This document shows, one piece after another, positions 31,687-32,000 of a stretch of DNA of 32,000 nucleotides. This DNA is from Halomicrobium mukohataei DSM 12286 (GTDB lineage Archaea > Halobacteriota > Halobacteria > Halobacteriales > Haloarculaceae), in the NCBI RefSeq assembly GCF_000023965.1, contig NC_013202.1, positions 420,001-452,000 of the forward strand, written 5' to 3'. Each line of letters starts with the position of its first letter. The stretch's first letter is position 1. The translations under genes were made by a program, and so were the position numbers. A model generated the notes under the pieces. It had not been told where the DNA came from, did no database searches, and saw only the letters and a program-made list of their open reading frames with translations.

Positions 31687-32000
31687 CCCCAGATCGCGAC
31701 CAGCAGCGCGATCGCCCCAACTGTACCGACTGCCTCGATCGGCACGCCGGCCGGACCGGTCGGTGATCTGTCGTCCGATCCTGGGGAATCCGACGTGTCG
31801 GTACCGGGCGTCCCGTCGCCAGGCCAGTCGGTCGAGCCGTCCGGAGCGGTGGTCCCTCGATCCGCCTGACTGGAGTTCGGAGTGCCGTCGGTCCTGCTAT
31901 CCGGTGTGGTCACCACCGCGTCAGCAGATCCGTCGCCGTCGGTGTCCTCGACGCCCTCAGACGGGCCAACAGTCGTGTCGCTGCTGCCCTCGTTGCGGCC
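31674..32000 (-). CDS. Pro/Thr/Asp/Gly-rich protein with C-terminal TM helix; the 5' end is probably outside the window
   Basis: The frame of listed ORF 31674..31916 stays open to base 32000 (hand-translated ...GRNEGSSDTTVGPSEGVEDTDGDGSADA). The listed start is only a GTG. Confidence 0.45.
   Translation of the reverse strand, partial: GRNEGSSDTTVGPSEGVEDTDGDGSADAVVTTPDSRTDGTPNSSQADRGTTAPDGSTDWPGDGTPGTDTSDSPGSDDRSPTGPAGVPIEAVGTVGAIALLVAIWGWSR

Larger units (their letters stand above)
4150..32000. mobile_element. Mosaic integrated mobile DNA (genomic island, probably more than one element); left boundary somewhere in 3947-4163, right end beyond the window
   Basis: Three tyrosine recombinase genes, an Orc1/Cdc6 gene, a virus-like structural block, R-M genes and abrupt visible GC-content switches. 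The non-coding stretch 3947-4216 separates it from housekeeping-type genes. Confidence 0.65.

Noticed and set aside
1-32000. CRISPR arrays, rRNA genes and IS/transposase genes.
   Set aside because: I saw no regularly spaced direct repeats, no rRNA-like conserved stretches, and no DDE/HUH transposase-like ORFs or terminal inverted repeats.

Overview
GC-rich window with acidic predicted proteins, typical of a haloarchaeon. Bases 1 to about 3950 look like ordinary chromosomal genes: the 3' part of a siroheme/FeS ferredoxin nitrite/sulfite reductase, an aldo/keto reductase, a CPCC-domain protein and small membrane or hypothetical proteins. From about 3950-4163 to the window end the DNA is mosaic mobile DNA with three tyrosine recombinases (4217-5239, 27346-28356, 29776-30435) and blocks that alternate by eye between high and low GC. 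Contents, in order: (i) an integrase, a phiH1-repressor-like wHTH and an Orc1/Cdc6 module. (ii) A low-GC cassette (about 8.3-14.6 kb) with a C5-cytosine methyltransferase, a putative Cfr10I/NgoMIV/EcoRII-C-type restriction nuclease, a Mig/MutY-like HhH-GPD glycosylase, a small wHTH and two uncharacterised proteins of 302 aa and 551 aa. The 551-aa protein appears to carry a second HhH-GPD/FeS-loop-like domain. This cassette is my best candidate for something undescribed. (iii) A translationally coupled plus-strand block (15432-20369) whose order matches the conserved pleolipovirus core: small membrane protein, Tat-signal spike-like protein with C-terminal anchor, two membrane proteins, P-loop NTPase. 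A repeat-rich intergenic region containing (GCCCACR)x3 precedes it. (iv) A low-GC insertion with a probably 5'-truncated TSP3-repeat/degenerate metzincin-like gene and a Tat lipoprotein. (v) A tightly overlapping minus-strand operon: Zn-ribbon, Dam-type MTase, HTH, 51-aa ORF and a 585-aa putative replication protein. A second operon follows: RHH, Zn-ribbon protein, HTH and integrase. (vi) A divergent RHH pair, a short Xer-like integrase and a membrane-protein operon that runs off the window. I found no rRNA, convincing tRNA or CRISPR array. All family assignments rest on motifs read by eye, and no database search was possible.
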